A stretch of DNA of 64,000 bases from a virus. Each line of letters opens with the position of its first letter. Position 1 is the stretch's first letter. Position numbers and translations under genes: made by a program. The DNA is taken from IMG/VR virus record IMGVR_UViG_3300040959_000809; one strand, written 5' to 3'. This document shows positions 19,145 to 28,612 of the stretch, in pieces. The notes beneath the pieces are model-generated. The model was not told the DNA's origin. It ran no database searches and saw only the letters and a program-made list of their open reading frames with translations.

Positions 19145-20059
19145 ATGGATATTTTTCTTTTTAATTCTAAATTAAATGAGGATTATCTTGCTGATCTGTT
19201 TATCGGCGAAATGCTTATATCGGATAAAATTGGTAGGATATATACTAACCACCTTCCTCCTTATCTGTTTACTGATTTTAATGAAAATCGTCCTCTGTAT
19301 GGTCGAGGGTTTACAGTATTTAAAAAGATGGATCCTAAGCTCAAGAACAGAGTAACAATAATTCCACACGGCCAGATTCCTGAGTTTATCCAAAGCCAGA
19401 CCGCTAAAAAGATCATATACACGAGTGTTCATCGTAGGGCATTTCCAGAGAATCACCATATGGCTGATTATTTTGGGCTTGTATCTGAAGCCTATGATAA
19501 AAAGGACATTATAGTAATTGATGGTGAGGATTATGAAACAGTTAAACACAATGTCGCCGAGCAATCAACCTATTATAAACGAGAGCTTTTAAAGCACCAG
19601 GAAACTATTGCTAGTCCTATTTCGTTTTCATTCCCTCGCTTCCATAAAAAACCAAAACTGGCGGTAAAGGAATATTTACTAGCACCCTGTGATCCTAGGT
19701 TTAGAGCTTCATATAAGTTTAATACGGAAGAGCAATACTATTCTCAATATTCAAAGGCATTATTTGCAGTTACAAAGAAAAAAGGTGGCTGGGATTGTAT
19801 GCGGCATTATGAAATACTTGCATGTAATTGTCTTCCATACTTTTTATGCATCGAAGAGAAACCAGACACGACAATGTCAACGTGGCCTATGGAATTACAA
19901 TTAGCTGCAAATCATCTATACGAGAGAATGTCAAGATCTAATATAAAGGACTTTGATCTTTATGAATGGGAGACATTAAATACCAAATTTCAAAAGTGGT
20001 TTAGAGCTGAAGGACACAGCAACATATATTTAAAGGTGATAAATGAATCCAAAACTTGA
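19145..20059 (+). CDS. putative glycosyltransferase (exostosin/GT47-like C-terminus)
   Basis: IIVIDGED, YYKRE and GGWDCMRHYEILACNCLPYF. Confidence 0.55.
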   Translation: MDIFLFNSKLNEDYLADLFIGEMLISDKIGRIYTNHLPPYLFTDFNENRPLYGRGFTVFKKMDPKLKNRVTIIPHGQIPEFIQSQTAKKIIYTSVHRRAFPENHHMADYFGLVSEAYDKKDIIVIDGEDYETVKHNVAEQSTYYKRELLKHQETIASPISFSFPRFHKKPKLAVKEYLLAPCDPRFRASYKFNTEEQYYSQYSKALFAVTKKKGGWDCMRHYEILACNCLPYFLCIEEKPDTTMSTWPMELQLAANHLYERMSRSNIKDFDLYEWETLNTKFQKWFRAEGHSNIYLKVINESKT

Positions 20060-20876
20060 AGGCTTTCCTAGCTGTTATGTAATTAATCTTGAAGAGGCAG
20101 AAGACCGCCGAGCATATATGAAAGAGCAATTTGCCAAACACGGCATTAAAAACTATCATATAAAACAATTTAAAAGATTTGATGACGCTAATCTGTGTGT
20201 AAAGGCACCACAAGAAGTGGTGGATGTATTAGCACTTGGTCTTACCACTTCTCATTTATTGATGATTAAATGGTGGTATGAAAACCGCACTGAAGATGTG
20301 TGTGCTATTATGGAGGACGATTGTGATTTTGATTTAATTCAGCATTGGAACTTTAAATTTAGTGATTACATCCGACAGTTTGGACCGCTTTGGGATGCAA
20401 TACAATTGTCTGTGGTTCATGAAGGCTGGCCCGTGATGGCACCGAGAGTTCGAGATCCTTGGGATCATGGGTTGCAATGTTATATTATTAAAAGACATTA
20501 TGCCAAAAAGATTGTTGAGTATTATTTTAATCAAGGTGCCTCCAATATTATTAGTATTAGAATGGCCTGGTGTCAGCGAGAGCCGTTTATGGTTAAATTA
20601 AAACCAACGCCTGAGAATATTGTATTAGGGCTAGGGCATGTATATACACATCCAATTTTTAATCATAATGTACACGATTTCAAATCAATGAACCCGACTG
20701 ATAATGTTGGTCTGGCAAAGAGACAACATGAAAACTCGGAATCAACATATGTATATGTCAAGGAATGGTGGGAAAAGATAGGAACTAATTCTACATTGGA
20801 ACAGTTATTTGATTATGAGTACTGTTGCCCAGCCCATACGAATCAAAAGTTCATGTATATACCTATTGATGTGTAA
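20043..20876 (+). CDS. GT25-like glycosyltransferase
   Basis: YVINLEEAEDRRAYM...SHL...IMEDDCD...YII. Confidence 0.7.
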   Translation: MNPKLEGFPSCYVINLEEAEDRRAYMKEQFAKHGIKNYHIKQFKRFDDANLCVKAPQEVVDVLALGLTTSHLLMIKWWYENRTEDVCAIMEDDCDFDLIQHWNFKFSDYIRQFGPLWDAIQLSVVHEGWPVMAPRVRDPWDHGLQCYIIKRHYAKKIVEYYFNQGASNIISIRMAWCQREPFMVKLKPTPENIVLGLGHVYTHPIFNHNVHDFKSMNPTDNVGLAKRQHENSESTYVYVKEWWEKIGTNSTLEQLFDYEYCCPAHTNQKFMYIPIDV

Positions 20877-20884
20877 GGATAAGA

Positions 20885-21511
20885 ATGGAATACAAGTTTA
20901 CAAATAAATGGTTTAGAAACTCAACGACATTTTCCGTGTGGGAAATACTTTTACGAGAGTGGAAACCAGAGCATATTATGGAAATAGGCTGTTACGAAGG
21001 CCAATGCACTACATATATGATAGAACAAAATGATTGGTCTGACGATGTGAAGCTTTGGGCAGTTGATACCTGGGAAGGTAGCATGGAACACACTGATGTA
21101 AATATGAGTGATGTTGAAAAGCGATTTGATTCAAATATAAAATTGGCCAAAACAAAAGCAAAACGAAGCACCCAGATTATTAAAGAAAAGACATATTCCC
21201 ACCGGCTTATGAGTGCTATGATGGATAGATATGAAGGCAAGTTTGATTTGATTTATGTCGATGGGTCACATACAGCACCTGATGTTTTGCTAGACGCTAC
21301 ACTCGCCTTTAAACTCATTCGCCCTGGTGGTGTAATTATATTCGATGACTGGCATTGGAAGCCTTGGAACGACGAGCGATTTGATAATCCCAATAATACA
21401 CCTAAAGTTGCTATTGATACATTTGTAAATATACATTGGGACAAATTGAGTGTAATTAATATCGGAAACAAAACTGCATTAGATCAACTGTTTATTAAAA
21501 AGAATATGTAA
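20885..21511 (+). CDS. class I SAM-dependent methyltransferase
   Basis: MEIGCYEG, AVDTW, IYVDGSH and GGVIIFDD. Confidence 0.85.
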   Translation: MEYKFTNKWFRNSTTFSVWEILLREWKPEHIMEIGCYEGQCTTYMIEQNDWSDDVKLWAVDTWEGSMEHTDVNMSDVEKRFDSNIKLAKTKAKRSTQIIKEKTYSHRLMSAMMDRYEGKFDLIYVDGSHTAPDVLLDATLAFKLIRPGGVIIFDDWHWKPWNDERFDNPNNTPKVAIDTFVNIHWDKLSVINIGNKTALDQLFIKKNM

Positions 21512-21512
21512 A

Positions 21513-22391
21513 ATGAAATTGTTTATCTATAACCCTGACTTTACTCCTGAAACATTAAAGGATCTTATTATAGGTCATTTAATATTTTGTGGTAATGTAG
21601 AAATATATGCAAATTCTCTCAACGCTGCATATTTTAATGATTGGGGAAATGCAACAAACCATTCGGTTTATAAAAACATCCCGGCATGGAAAAAAGAAAG
21701 AATTACTTGGATCTCACCTAAACAAGCTCATAATTATGATTTTGACATGGTTTTATTTTCCGACATCAATTGGCTATCCAAAAATATGAATGCTCCTTTT
21801 GTGGAAAAGATATTTAAAAAATATAATAAAAAGAATATTGTTGTGATTGACTCTACAATGTCACATTCCCCACATTTAAATGTTGCTAGAAAATCGACCT
21901 ACTACAAAAGAGAAATTGGCGAGCAAAAACATAAACTGGTGCATCCTATACACCATGCATTTCCTGTATATAGGCAACGATTTACTCGTGAAGTAAAAAC
22001 ATCACTTTTGGCCCCATATGATTCCAGGTTTCTACCTAATTCAAATGTGTTTAAAGTAGAGCATTATTATTATGTGCAATTTCTTAAGGCAATGTTTGCA
22101 ACAGTGACTTATAACGATCAATTAGGCTGGGATACTATGCATGTGTATGAGATTATAGCATCACATTGTGTACCATACTTTCCAGACATAGAGAAAAAAC
22201 CTAAATATATAATGCACGACTACCCGGTGGATTTACAATTAAAGGCTAATAAGCTATTTGAATCATTAATCATCGGCTCCGAACAAATATCAATAACCCA
22301 AGAATATCACGATATTCGAGACAAATTTGAGGAATGGTTTCAAGAATGCGGTACAAGTTACATTTATCATAAAATGTTTCAGCCAACGTAA
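21513..22391 (+). CDS. putative glycosyltransferase, paralog of 19145
   Basis: IVVIDS, YYKRE and GWDTMHVYEIIASHCVPYF. Confidence 0.55.
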   Translation: MKLFIYNPDFTPETLKDLIIGHLIFCGNVEIYANSLNAAYFNDWGNATNHSVYKNIPAWKKERITWISPKQAHNYDFDMVLFSDINWLSKNMNAPFVEKIFKKYNKKNIVVIDSTMSHSPHLNVARKSTYYKREIGEQKHKLVHPIHHAFPVYRQRFTREVKTSLLAPYDSRFLPNSNVFKVEHYYYVQFLKAMFATVTYNDQLGWDTMHVYEIIASHCVPYFPDIEKKPKYIMHDYPVDLQLKANKLFESLIIGSEQISITQEYHDIRDKFEEWFQECGTSYIYHKMFQPT

Positions 22392-22442
22392 TTTTTTGTT
22401 GACATTCGTAAATGGACGTGATAGTATAGTGGAGAACAAACA

Positions 22443-22652
22443 ATGCTAATAGACAATACAAATGGTGAGAACATGGGTTCAATGGAAAATAGAATGGAAT
22501 CTCTGGTCCGAAAGCATCGGGATCTGGATCAACGTATTATTGCAATGGAAGCTGAAAAGGCTCCGGATCTGTACATTAATACTCTCAAAAGAGAAAAACT
22601 TCTTTTGAAGGACGAAATCACCAAAACAGAAAAACTCCTTTTGGAGGGATAA
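22443..22652 (+). CDS. DUF465/YdcH-like small coiled-coil protein
   Basis: LVRKHRDLDQRI...LKREKLLLKDEI; promoter TTGACA(22399)-17 bp-TAGTAT. Confidence 0.7.
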   Translation: MLIDNTNGENMGSMENRMESLVRKHRDLDQRIIAMEAEKAPDLYINTLKREKLLLKDEITKTEKLLLEG

Positions 22653-22658
22653 AGTTAT

Positions 22659-22736
22659 CTCCGCTTAGCTCAGCTGGATTAGAGCAAGTGCCTTCTAAGC
22701 ACTAGGTCGGGGGTTCGAATCCCTCAGCGGAGGCCA
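22659..22736 (+). tRNA. tRNA-Arg(TCT)
   Basis: Acceptor CTCCGCT/AGCGGAG, anticodon loop CTTCTAA, GGTTCGAATCC T-arm, encoded CCA. Confidence 0.95.
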
Positions 22737-22743
22737 AATACAC

Positions 22744-22819
<76 letters not shown>

Positions 22820-22919
22820 AAATAAAAAAAAGGTTCGAACGATGGATATAGATACTTTTATACACCATTGGATTGATGACCCATGCGATGATGTAACACA
22901 CTGGATAGGATTTATATAA

Positions 22920-23090
22920 ATGTGGACTTTAATAATTTTCAGTATTGTTACTGACATGGATGACTATGGTATTAGACATACAATGTATGACGATTATAAA
23001 ACCAGAGAGGCTTGCTTGATTCAAGCCTCTGTTCTGGAAGCAACATTTGAGGAGAAGGAAATAACTCTTTGTTATTTTGGTGATGAATAA
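22920..23090 (+). CDS. small hypothetical protein, paralog of 23091
   Basis: Manual 56 aa ORF MWTLIIFSIV...YDDYKTREAC...LC; stop abuts the next ATG. Confidence 0.55.
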   Translation: MWTLIIFSIVTDMDDYGIRHTMYDDYKTREACLIQASVLEATFEEKEITLCYFGDE

Positions 23091-23276
23091 ATGTGGACAT
23101 TAGTTTTTATATATCTTTATGAAGGAATTTCATATTCTGAAACATATGATACATATAATAAAATGACAGATTGTTTTTATGCTAGAGAAGCATTAGGACA
23201 AGAAAACTCTGGGACATCAGGGCGCTTTATTCCTGGAACACAGGCGATTTGTGTGTATATGGGAGAAGTAGAATGA
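23091..23276 (+). CDS. small hypothetical protein
   Basis: MWTLVFIYLY...YDTYNKMTDC...IC. Confidence 0.55.
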   Translation: MWTLVFIYLYEGISYSETYDTYNKMTDCFYAREALGQENSGTSGRFIPGTQAICVYMGEVE

Positions 23277-23878
23277 ATTATGATTTTATAGAGATTGGAA
23301 CATCTGATTTTGACACGTGCATTCAATCCAGTAATGCCGGCGAAGCTGGATTATCAATTGAACCATTAAAGGTTTATCTTGATAGGTTACCGGACAAGCC
23401 AAATGTCACAAAACTAAATTGTGCAATTTCGCTTGACGGCACAGAATATAAAGATAAAATATATTGGATACACCCAGATGATCTTGCAAAGAATGGTTTG
23501 CCTGGTTATATAAAGGGCTGTAATAGAATTGGTGAGCCTCATATTCAGCATTTGACCGATAGGGTAAAGAACACAAATGCCGAGGTGCTTGCAACAGAAA
23601 TTGATATGATCCCACTGTCAAAGATCTTTGATGACTATAATGTCGAGGGGGTTAAATTACTAAAACTAGATACAGAAGGTGCTGATGTTCATATACTGAA
23701 ATCATTTTTACCTTATTTGTCAGAACGCCCTAAGGAACATCGCCCGGACGAAATATTTTTTGAAGCAAATCAGCTCACAGCTGACGAATTAGTTTTGGAA
23801 GTAATTGACCTATATAAGGATATGGGATATAGAATGGCACAGCGGACCTACCAAAATGTTCGACTAATAAAGGTTTAA
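23273..23878 (+). CDS. FkbM-like methyltransferase
   Basis: FIEIGTSD, SIEP and LKLDTEGAD; likely start is ATG 23273. Confidence 0.75.
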   Translation: MNYDFIEIGTSDFDTCIQSSNAGEAGLSIEPLKVYLDRLPDKPNVTKLNCAISLDGTEYKDKIYWIHPDDLAKNGLPGYIKGCNRIGEPHIQHLTDRVKNTNAEVLATEIDMIPLSKIFDDYNVEGVKLLKLDTEGADVHILKSFLPYLSERPKEHRPDEIFFEANQLTADELVLEVIDLYKDMGYRMAQRTYQNVRLIKV

Positions 23879-23880
23879 TA

Positions 23881-24579
23881 ATGAGTGATTTACATAGATA
23901 TGCTTTAAATAATAATGGAAAAATGCTTCAAAAGTGGTTGCATTACTTTGACATCTACGAAAGACATTTTTCAAAATTTAGAAACAAAAAACCAGTGATG
24001 CTTGAAATTGGTGTTCAAGGTGGTGGTTCATTAGATATGTGGAAATGGTATTTTGGCGAAGGGTGTCAGATTATAGGAATTGATATTGACCCAAATTGTA
24101 AGCAATATGAATCTGATAATGTAGACATATTCATTGGTAGTCAATCTGATCCTCAGATCCTTAAAAAGATTATGGCCAAGTATCCACAGATTGATATAGT
24201 GTTAGACGACGGTAGCCACTTCTCTAGCGATATGAAAGATTCCTACGATATGTTATATCACCACGTAGACGAGGATGGTGTGTATTTTATTGAGGACACA
24301 CACGCTTGTTATTTGCCCATGTCACCCTATAATGGTGGGCTTAAAAAGTCTGATAGTTTCATGGAATTTGCCAAAGATAAGATTGATGATCTTCATGCAA
24401 ACTCAATACATACATGCATGACAAATACAATAAAACGTAGAAAACAAAACATACCTTACGGACCAGCAATATCTGATATTACTCGGTCAACTGATAGCAT
24501 TCATTTTTATGATAGTATTGTAGTATTTGAAAAGAGGCGTCAAGGAGATCGTAGGCAAATCATTACTCAAAGTCTCTGA
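23881..24579 (+). CDS. class I SAM-dependent (sugar O-)methyltransferase
   Basis: LEIGVQGGGSL, GIDIDP, GSQSD, LDDGSH and YFIED. Confidence 0.85.
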   Translation: MSDLHRYALNNNGKMLQKWLHYFDIYERHFSKFRNKKPVMLEIGVQGGGSLDMWKWYFGEGCQIIGIDIDPNCKQYESDNVDIFIGSQSDPQILKKIMAKYPQIDIVLDDGSHFSSDMKDSYDMLYHHVDEDGVYFIEDTHACYLPMSPYNGGLKKSDSFMEFAKDKIDDLHANSIHTCMTNTIKRRKQNIPYGPAISDITRSTDSIHFYDSIVVFEKRRQGDRRQIITQSL

Positions 24580-24628
24580 TGTATCTTCTCGGGTGGAAGT
24601 AAAACACGCCCTGGTCGGGTTGGCAGTA

Positions 24629-24656
24629 GGGGGGAGCAATGCTTCCCCCCTTTTTT
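24629..24656 (+). terminator. intrinsic terminator between convergent operons
   Basis: GGGGGGAGC-AAT-GCTTCCCCCC followed by TTTTTT. Confidence 0.8.
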
Positions 24657-24810
24657 AATCTTCTTTTTTCCAGATGGTCCATGCACCATAGAAAATAGCA
24701 GCGTATGCAATTAAATCTACTGGTACCAAAATCATAGCAACACCAGTTGCAATAAGAACCGCACCATCAAGTGTAGTTCTTTCTGTTAATCTTTTTGTTA
24801 ACCATTTCAT
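24655..24810 (-). CDS. 51 aa membrane protein (holin-like size)
   Basis: Manual ORF MKWLTKRLTERTTLDGAVLIATGVAMILVPVDLIAYAAIFYGAWTIWKKED. Confidence 0.6.
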   Translation of the reverse strand: MKWLTKRLTERTTLDGAVLIATGVAMILVPVDLIAYAAIFYGAWTIWKKED

Positions 24811-25004
24811 TCTGATCTCTCCTTTAAAATATCTTTCATTACATTTGATGCTGTGTTAGTAAAGCATCTTGGTGCAACACTGTGAATAATAAGTGCTGGC
24901 ACCAAGAGCTGTAATTTAATGGCCGCTTTTAAGGCATGCCCCATGTGTTGTAATCCAGTTTCGCCAACTTCATCTAAGTGAGCTTTACATTGTTTACTTA
25001 ACAT
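24807..25004 (-). CDS. hypothetical protein
   Basis: 65 aa, coupled; HLDEVGETGLQHMGHA. Confidence 0.55.
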   Translation of the reverse strand: MLSKQCKAHLDEVGETGLQHMGHALKAAIKLQLLVPALIIHSVAPRCFTNTASNVMKDILKERSE

Positions 25005-25305
25005 TTTTCTTTTTGCTTTCTAACTTTTGTATCCGTGTCTCCAAATCATCAATCTTTTTGGTGACTTTTGGATATCGTTTACGCCATGCCTCTGGATCAT
25101 CCTGAAGCCATTCCCATCCAAAGCGGTCCACCAGGTGGTCCAATAGGCCATCAAATTTACCCATCAAATATAGAGCGGCTTTTGTATTTCGGAACCATGC
25201 TAAAAAGGCGGCACCTACAATGGATCCACCAATGGCAGTATAGATCCACAGCGTATCTCCAAACATCCTTGTGAGCATTTCCATCATGTTATATCCTTTG
25301 TACAC
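24994..25305 (-). CDS. single-pass membrane protein
   Basis: TM segment WIYTAIGGSIVGAAFLAWF and a C-terminal coiled coil. Confidence 0.6.
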   Translation of the reverse strand: MYKGYNMMEMLTRMFGDTLWIYTAIGGSIVGAAFLAWFRNTKAALYLMGKFDGLLDHLVDRFGWEWLQDDPEAWRKRYPKVTKKIDDLETRIQKLESKKKNVK

Positions 25306-25994
25306 CTAGTGTAATTATTCATTCCGTGATCAGCTGCACCATCCAAGAAACCGGATCTCCAACCCCTCCATCTATCCTTAAGTAATTGCCAACCAGTCAT
25401 TTTGCGAACATTTCCATAAAAGTTAATGTATTGTAATGAACCGTGATGCTTATAGCCCATAATGAACAATGGCACCTTGGTGACAATATCATTATTATTA
25501 ACATACCTAAGGTGAGTCGTAGAAATATTTTTTACAAATTTACGAGTACCAACTCTTGGTGAGCCGAAGGTGGTTAATTGTTCTACCTTACGTTCCTCTT
25601 CAAAGCGAGATGTAGCAATAGTAGCCATCGCAGCACCTAATGAGTGCCCAGTGATGTACATTCTCTTTGTTTTGTGATTATTATGGTGTTTTACTATATC
25701 AGCCCAAAGTTTATCACATTCATTTCTGAAACCTGAATGTACCAAACCGTGAGTCATAGCACCTCGTGGAATAGCATTTAAATCTGCTAATACATCACTT
25801 AGTTCTGAAGGTTCTGTACCTCGGAATGCAAGGACATATTCCTCCTTGTTCCATACAGCATGGCATTGAGCACCATCATTTTCAAAGAATTTATGACCCG
25901 TGTAACCCAAGGCCTTCATTTTTGGTTTTGCCTTTGCACTATCCAAATATGCAAGTTCAGCTAATTGTGCCATTTTATGACAAACGTTTGACAT
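25284..25994 (-). CDS. class 3 lipase (alpha/beta hydrolase)
   Basis: LAFRGT, VHSGF, ITGHSLGAA (GxSxG), TFGSPRVG, NNNDIVTKVP and H. Confidence 0.9.
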   Translation of the reverse strand: MSNVCHKMAQLAELAYLDSAKAKPKMKALGYTGHKFFENDGAQCHAVWNKEEYVLAFRGTEPSELSDVLADLNAIPRGAMTHGLVHSGFRNECDKLWADIVKHHNNHKTKRMYITGHSLGAAMATIATSRFEEERKVEQLTTFGSPRVGTRKFVKNISTTHLRYVNNNDIVTKVPLFIMGYKHHGSLQYINFYGNVRKMTGWQLLKDRWRGWRSGFLDGAADHGMNNYTRCTKDIT

Positions 25995-26009
25995 TTAGTC
26001 CTCCTAGTA

Positions 26010-26231
26010 TCACCCACCGGGAACAAATCCTTTGGGCTTATAAAATATTTTTTGGTTGTGTATTCGGCCGAGAAGTTCTTGAATCTCGTGCATTTCATAC
26101 CTCAATGTTGCAGATGTTTCACCGCTAGCAATAGCCATACCTCTTCGGCCAGCCTTTGCTCTTAATGCCTGTTCAATTAGTTCAATATCTCTTACACCTA
26201 ATGTAAAGTTTTTATTTGGTTTTGTAGCCAT
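26010..26231 (-). CDS. hypothetical protein
   Basis: 73 aa with GGAGG RBS. Confidence 0.6.
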   Translation of the reverse strand: MATKPNKNFTLGVRDIELIEQALRAKAGRRGMAIASGETSATLRYEMHEIQELLGRIHNQKIFYKPKGFVPGG

Positions 26232-26243
26232 TATTTAGATCCA

Positions 26244-26555
26244 TTATAATTTGTTTTTATTTAATTTTTGTTTGAATAACTCACTATCACTCATCTTCTT
26301 ATTAGCTTTGATTGGTAATTTGGATTGGGAGTTTTGCCGTCGAAGGTCACTACTGGGCTGAACTTGTTCGGATATATCTTCTTTATGAGAGGGTTGTGGC
26401 GGAAGATACGCCTTTCTGAGCTCAGCAATTCTTTTTGCTGTTTCATTATGCTTTTGAGTCCAATATCTCTCAATCATATTCTCCTTGAACCTACGGTCTA
26501 TCTCTCCTTCAATATAATCCTTTAATAGCCAATCAAACAGAAATTGCTTAATCAT
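26244..26555 (-). CDS. hypothetical protein
   Basis: Likely start is ATG 26555 (MIKQFLFDW), overlapping the stop of the Cys-rich peptide. Confidence 0.55.
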   Translation of the reverse strand: MIKQFLFDWLLKDYIEGEIDRRFKENMIERYWTQKHNETAKRIAELRKAYLPPQPSHKEDISEQVQPSSDLRRQNSQSKLPIKANKKMSDSELFKQKLNKNKL

Positions 26556-26667
26556 GTTTTTTACATTTACATTTAGTACACACATCATTAATGCAGTTCT
26601 TGCAGTCAGGTGCATAGCAATGGCATCGGTGCCCGCAGCTCTCACACGTTCTTTCAGGTCCTTGCAT
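26548..26667 (-). CDS. 39 aa Cys/His-rich, metallothionein-like peptide
   Basis: Manual ORF MQGPERTCESCGHRCHCYAPDCKNCINDVCTKCKCKKHD (9 Cys, 3 His); AGGAG RBS. Confidence 0.7.
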   Translation of the reverse strand: MQGPERTCESCGHRCHCYAPDCKNCINDVCTKCKCKKHD

Positions 26668-26683
26668 TATTATCTCCTATTTA

Positions 26684-27229
26684 TTAGTTTCCTGATAATG
26701 GATTATCCAATGCTTCTTGTAATGTTTTTCTTAAATCTGTATCCAGTTTATTCATTTTATTATCAATTCGTTCTTCTGTTTCACGCATTGTGTCTCTGGA
26801 ATCCTTTTCTGATTCTCTTGTCAGATCAGATAATTGTCTTAGTCTGGTATCAATGTCATCCTGAATATTCTTTACACGAGAACTTGTAGAATCAGTAATT
26901 CTTTCTACTCTAATAATATCATCCTTTAAGCTGTTTTTAATATCCCGTGTATAATCAATTGCATCATCAAGCTTTCGTTCGATGGAAAGATTCCTGGCTT
27001 CTACAGCCTCCAAGTCCAATACCTCTAGCTTTTCACTCATTTCTTGAAACGCTTTATATGATTCAAATGCTCCATATAGTGTTCCTAGCAAAGCACTCAC
27101 TACAGCGAAAAGTGCACCAATAGTAGATGGTGTTAGTGTAATTCCAAATAACTTCATTTTGGTGTTCTTGAGGTTCTCAACCTCATTATCGAAAGCCTCT
27201 AAACCTTCTCCCAGATCTTTATCAGCCAT
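26684..27229 (-). CDS. membrane-anchored coiled-coil protein
   Basis: TM segment IGALFAVVSALLGTLYGAF followed by a long heptad-rich region. Confidence 0.7.
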   Translation of the reverse strand: MADKDLGEGLEAFDNEVENLKNTKMKLFGITLTPSTIGALFAVVSALLGTLYGAFESYKAFQEMSEKLEVLDLEAVEARNLSIERKLDDAIDYTRDIKNSLKDDIIRVERITDSTSSRVKNIQDDIDTRLRQLSDLTRESEKDSRDTMRETEERIDNKMNKLDTDLRKTLQEALDNPLSGN

Positions 27230-27238
27230 AAGTTACCT

Positions 27239-27661
27239 CTAGTTTTCAAATTGTAATTGTCTTAATTGTTGTATTTCCTGTTCTAATTTCATTACCTCCA
27301 GCCTTTTCTTTTTTAATTCAAGCTGATACAATTCATTACAATTAATTCTAGCTTTAGGTTTAGCACCAAGCGGAATAATTATTCTAGCATATACCCCAAC
27401 ATCCTTAGGGCTACTACCAAGACTGTCATTATAATCATTAAAGCCATTATTATTTTGGTTCCTAGATATAATACCTGTGACTCCAAATTCAGTATATGTA
27501 GCTGAACCAATAGCATTCTGACAGTCCAAATCCCCTGCTCTGAATTTATCATATTGATGATTTCCAGGCGCAGTTGGGATTTGAAGGTTTAGTGAACTTG
27601 AATCTGCGTTTGCAATAGATACCATGCATAACGTAGCAGTCACTACCAAAAATCTCAACAT
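27239..27661 (-). CDS. secreted protein with a C-terminal coiled coil
   Basis: Sec signal peptide ending SIANA; two Cys. Confidence 0.65.
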   Translation of the reverse strand: MLRFLVVTATLCMVSIANADSSSLNLQIPTAPGNHQYDKFRAGDLDCQNAIGSATYTEFGVTGIISRNQNNNGFNDYNDSLGSSPKDVGVYARIIIPLGAKPKARINCNELYQLELKKKRLEVMKLEQEIQQLRQLQFEN

Positions 27662-27671
27662 CTCATTTTTC

Positions 27672-28058
27672 TCACTTTACTTTAGAACATATTTTTGAGG
27701 AGACAACGGTAGGCCCTCCCCCCTTTAGTAATTTAGATCTTGTACAAACATACCCAACACTATTGACATCTCTATCTCTAATGAATACTGTAAATGATTT
27801 TCTGTCCAAGTAGTTTACTTTAAAGATTCGTTCAGTTGAAGCAAAAGGAATTTGCTCCCATTCTTTGTCAAATACTGATATTTCATAATAGAGTACATCT
27901 GATCTTCTATTAAATAGTTTAAGATTAAGTTGTTTAACCTCCGGCATATATGAATTTCTAAGTTCAGGATACGCCGGAGTCATTTCATGCGACATTGCCT
28001 TGTTAGCTAGAAAAAGCATCATAAGACAAATCAGCACCGATAAAATCAAATATCTCAT
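27672..28058 (-). CDS. secreted Ig-like protein resembling a PapD-N chaperone domain
   Basis: Signal peptide ending KAMS-H; TPAYP...LNLKLFN...YYEISVFD...W...RIFKV...FTVFI...YVC. Confidence 0.5.
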   Translation of the reverse strand: MRYLILSVLICLMMLFLANKAMSHEMTPAYPELRNSYMPEVKQLNLKLFNRRSDVLYYEISVFDKEWEQIPFASTERIFKVNYLDRKSFTVFIRDRDVNSVGYVCTRSKLLKGGGPTVVSSKICSKVK

Positions 28059-28073
28059 AATAAAAGCCTATTT

Positions 28074-28592
28074 TTAGTTAGCGATGCATTCTGCTTCAAC
28101 GATAGATGTATATGTACCTGCAGGAAATGCAGTATTAAACCCATACGTAGCTGTCGAGGATACTGAAAACCAGGTAGTTCCTGCCACAGATAAATCATAT
28201 TCTGTTGCGTTATCAAATTCTACCTTTGCCGCTTCATACCCAGCCATATTAACATCTGATGTATTGGAAACAGTTGTGGATCCAGTCCAAGTAACCGTGT
28301 CAACTAGGGTCGGCGCTGTCGAGAAGGATAATGGATATCTAATCCTTGCCGTATAGTAATCTGCCTGAGCCACGTCGAAACGAATGACGGGGCTAATACC
28401 ACCGTCAGCACTCTCGGTACTCAACTCATTGGGTGTAGGGTTACCATATACACCTGCAGTGTCGGTAAAGATTGAACACTTAGCTTGAACATTTCCTATA
28501 ATAGGTATGTCCTCTGCCGCTGCCACAGAAACATAACCAATTGCAGAAGCTAGGCTTATTCCTAATCCTGTAATTATTGGTTTGATATTCAT
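28074..28592 (-). CDS. secreted protein resembling a Csu/spore-coat-U chaperone-usher pilin
   Basis: Signal peptide ending AAA-E; IIGNVQAKCSI...YG and C-terminal FPAGTYTSIVEAEC. Confidence 0.5.
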   Translation of the reverse strand: MNIKPIITGLGISLASAIGYVSVAAAEDIPIIGNVQAKCSIFTDTAGVYGNPTPNELSTESADGGISPVIRFDVAQADYYTARIRYPLSFSTAPTLVDTVTWTGSTTVSNTSDVNMAGYEAAKVEFDNATEYDLSVAGTTWFSVSSTATYGFNTAFPAGTYTSIVEAECIAN

Positions 28593-28612
28593 AAATTTAC
28601 TCCGTTTTAGTT

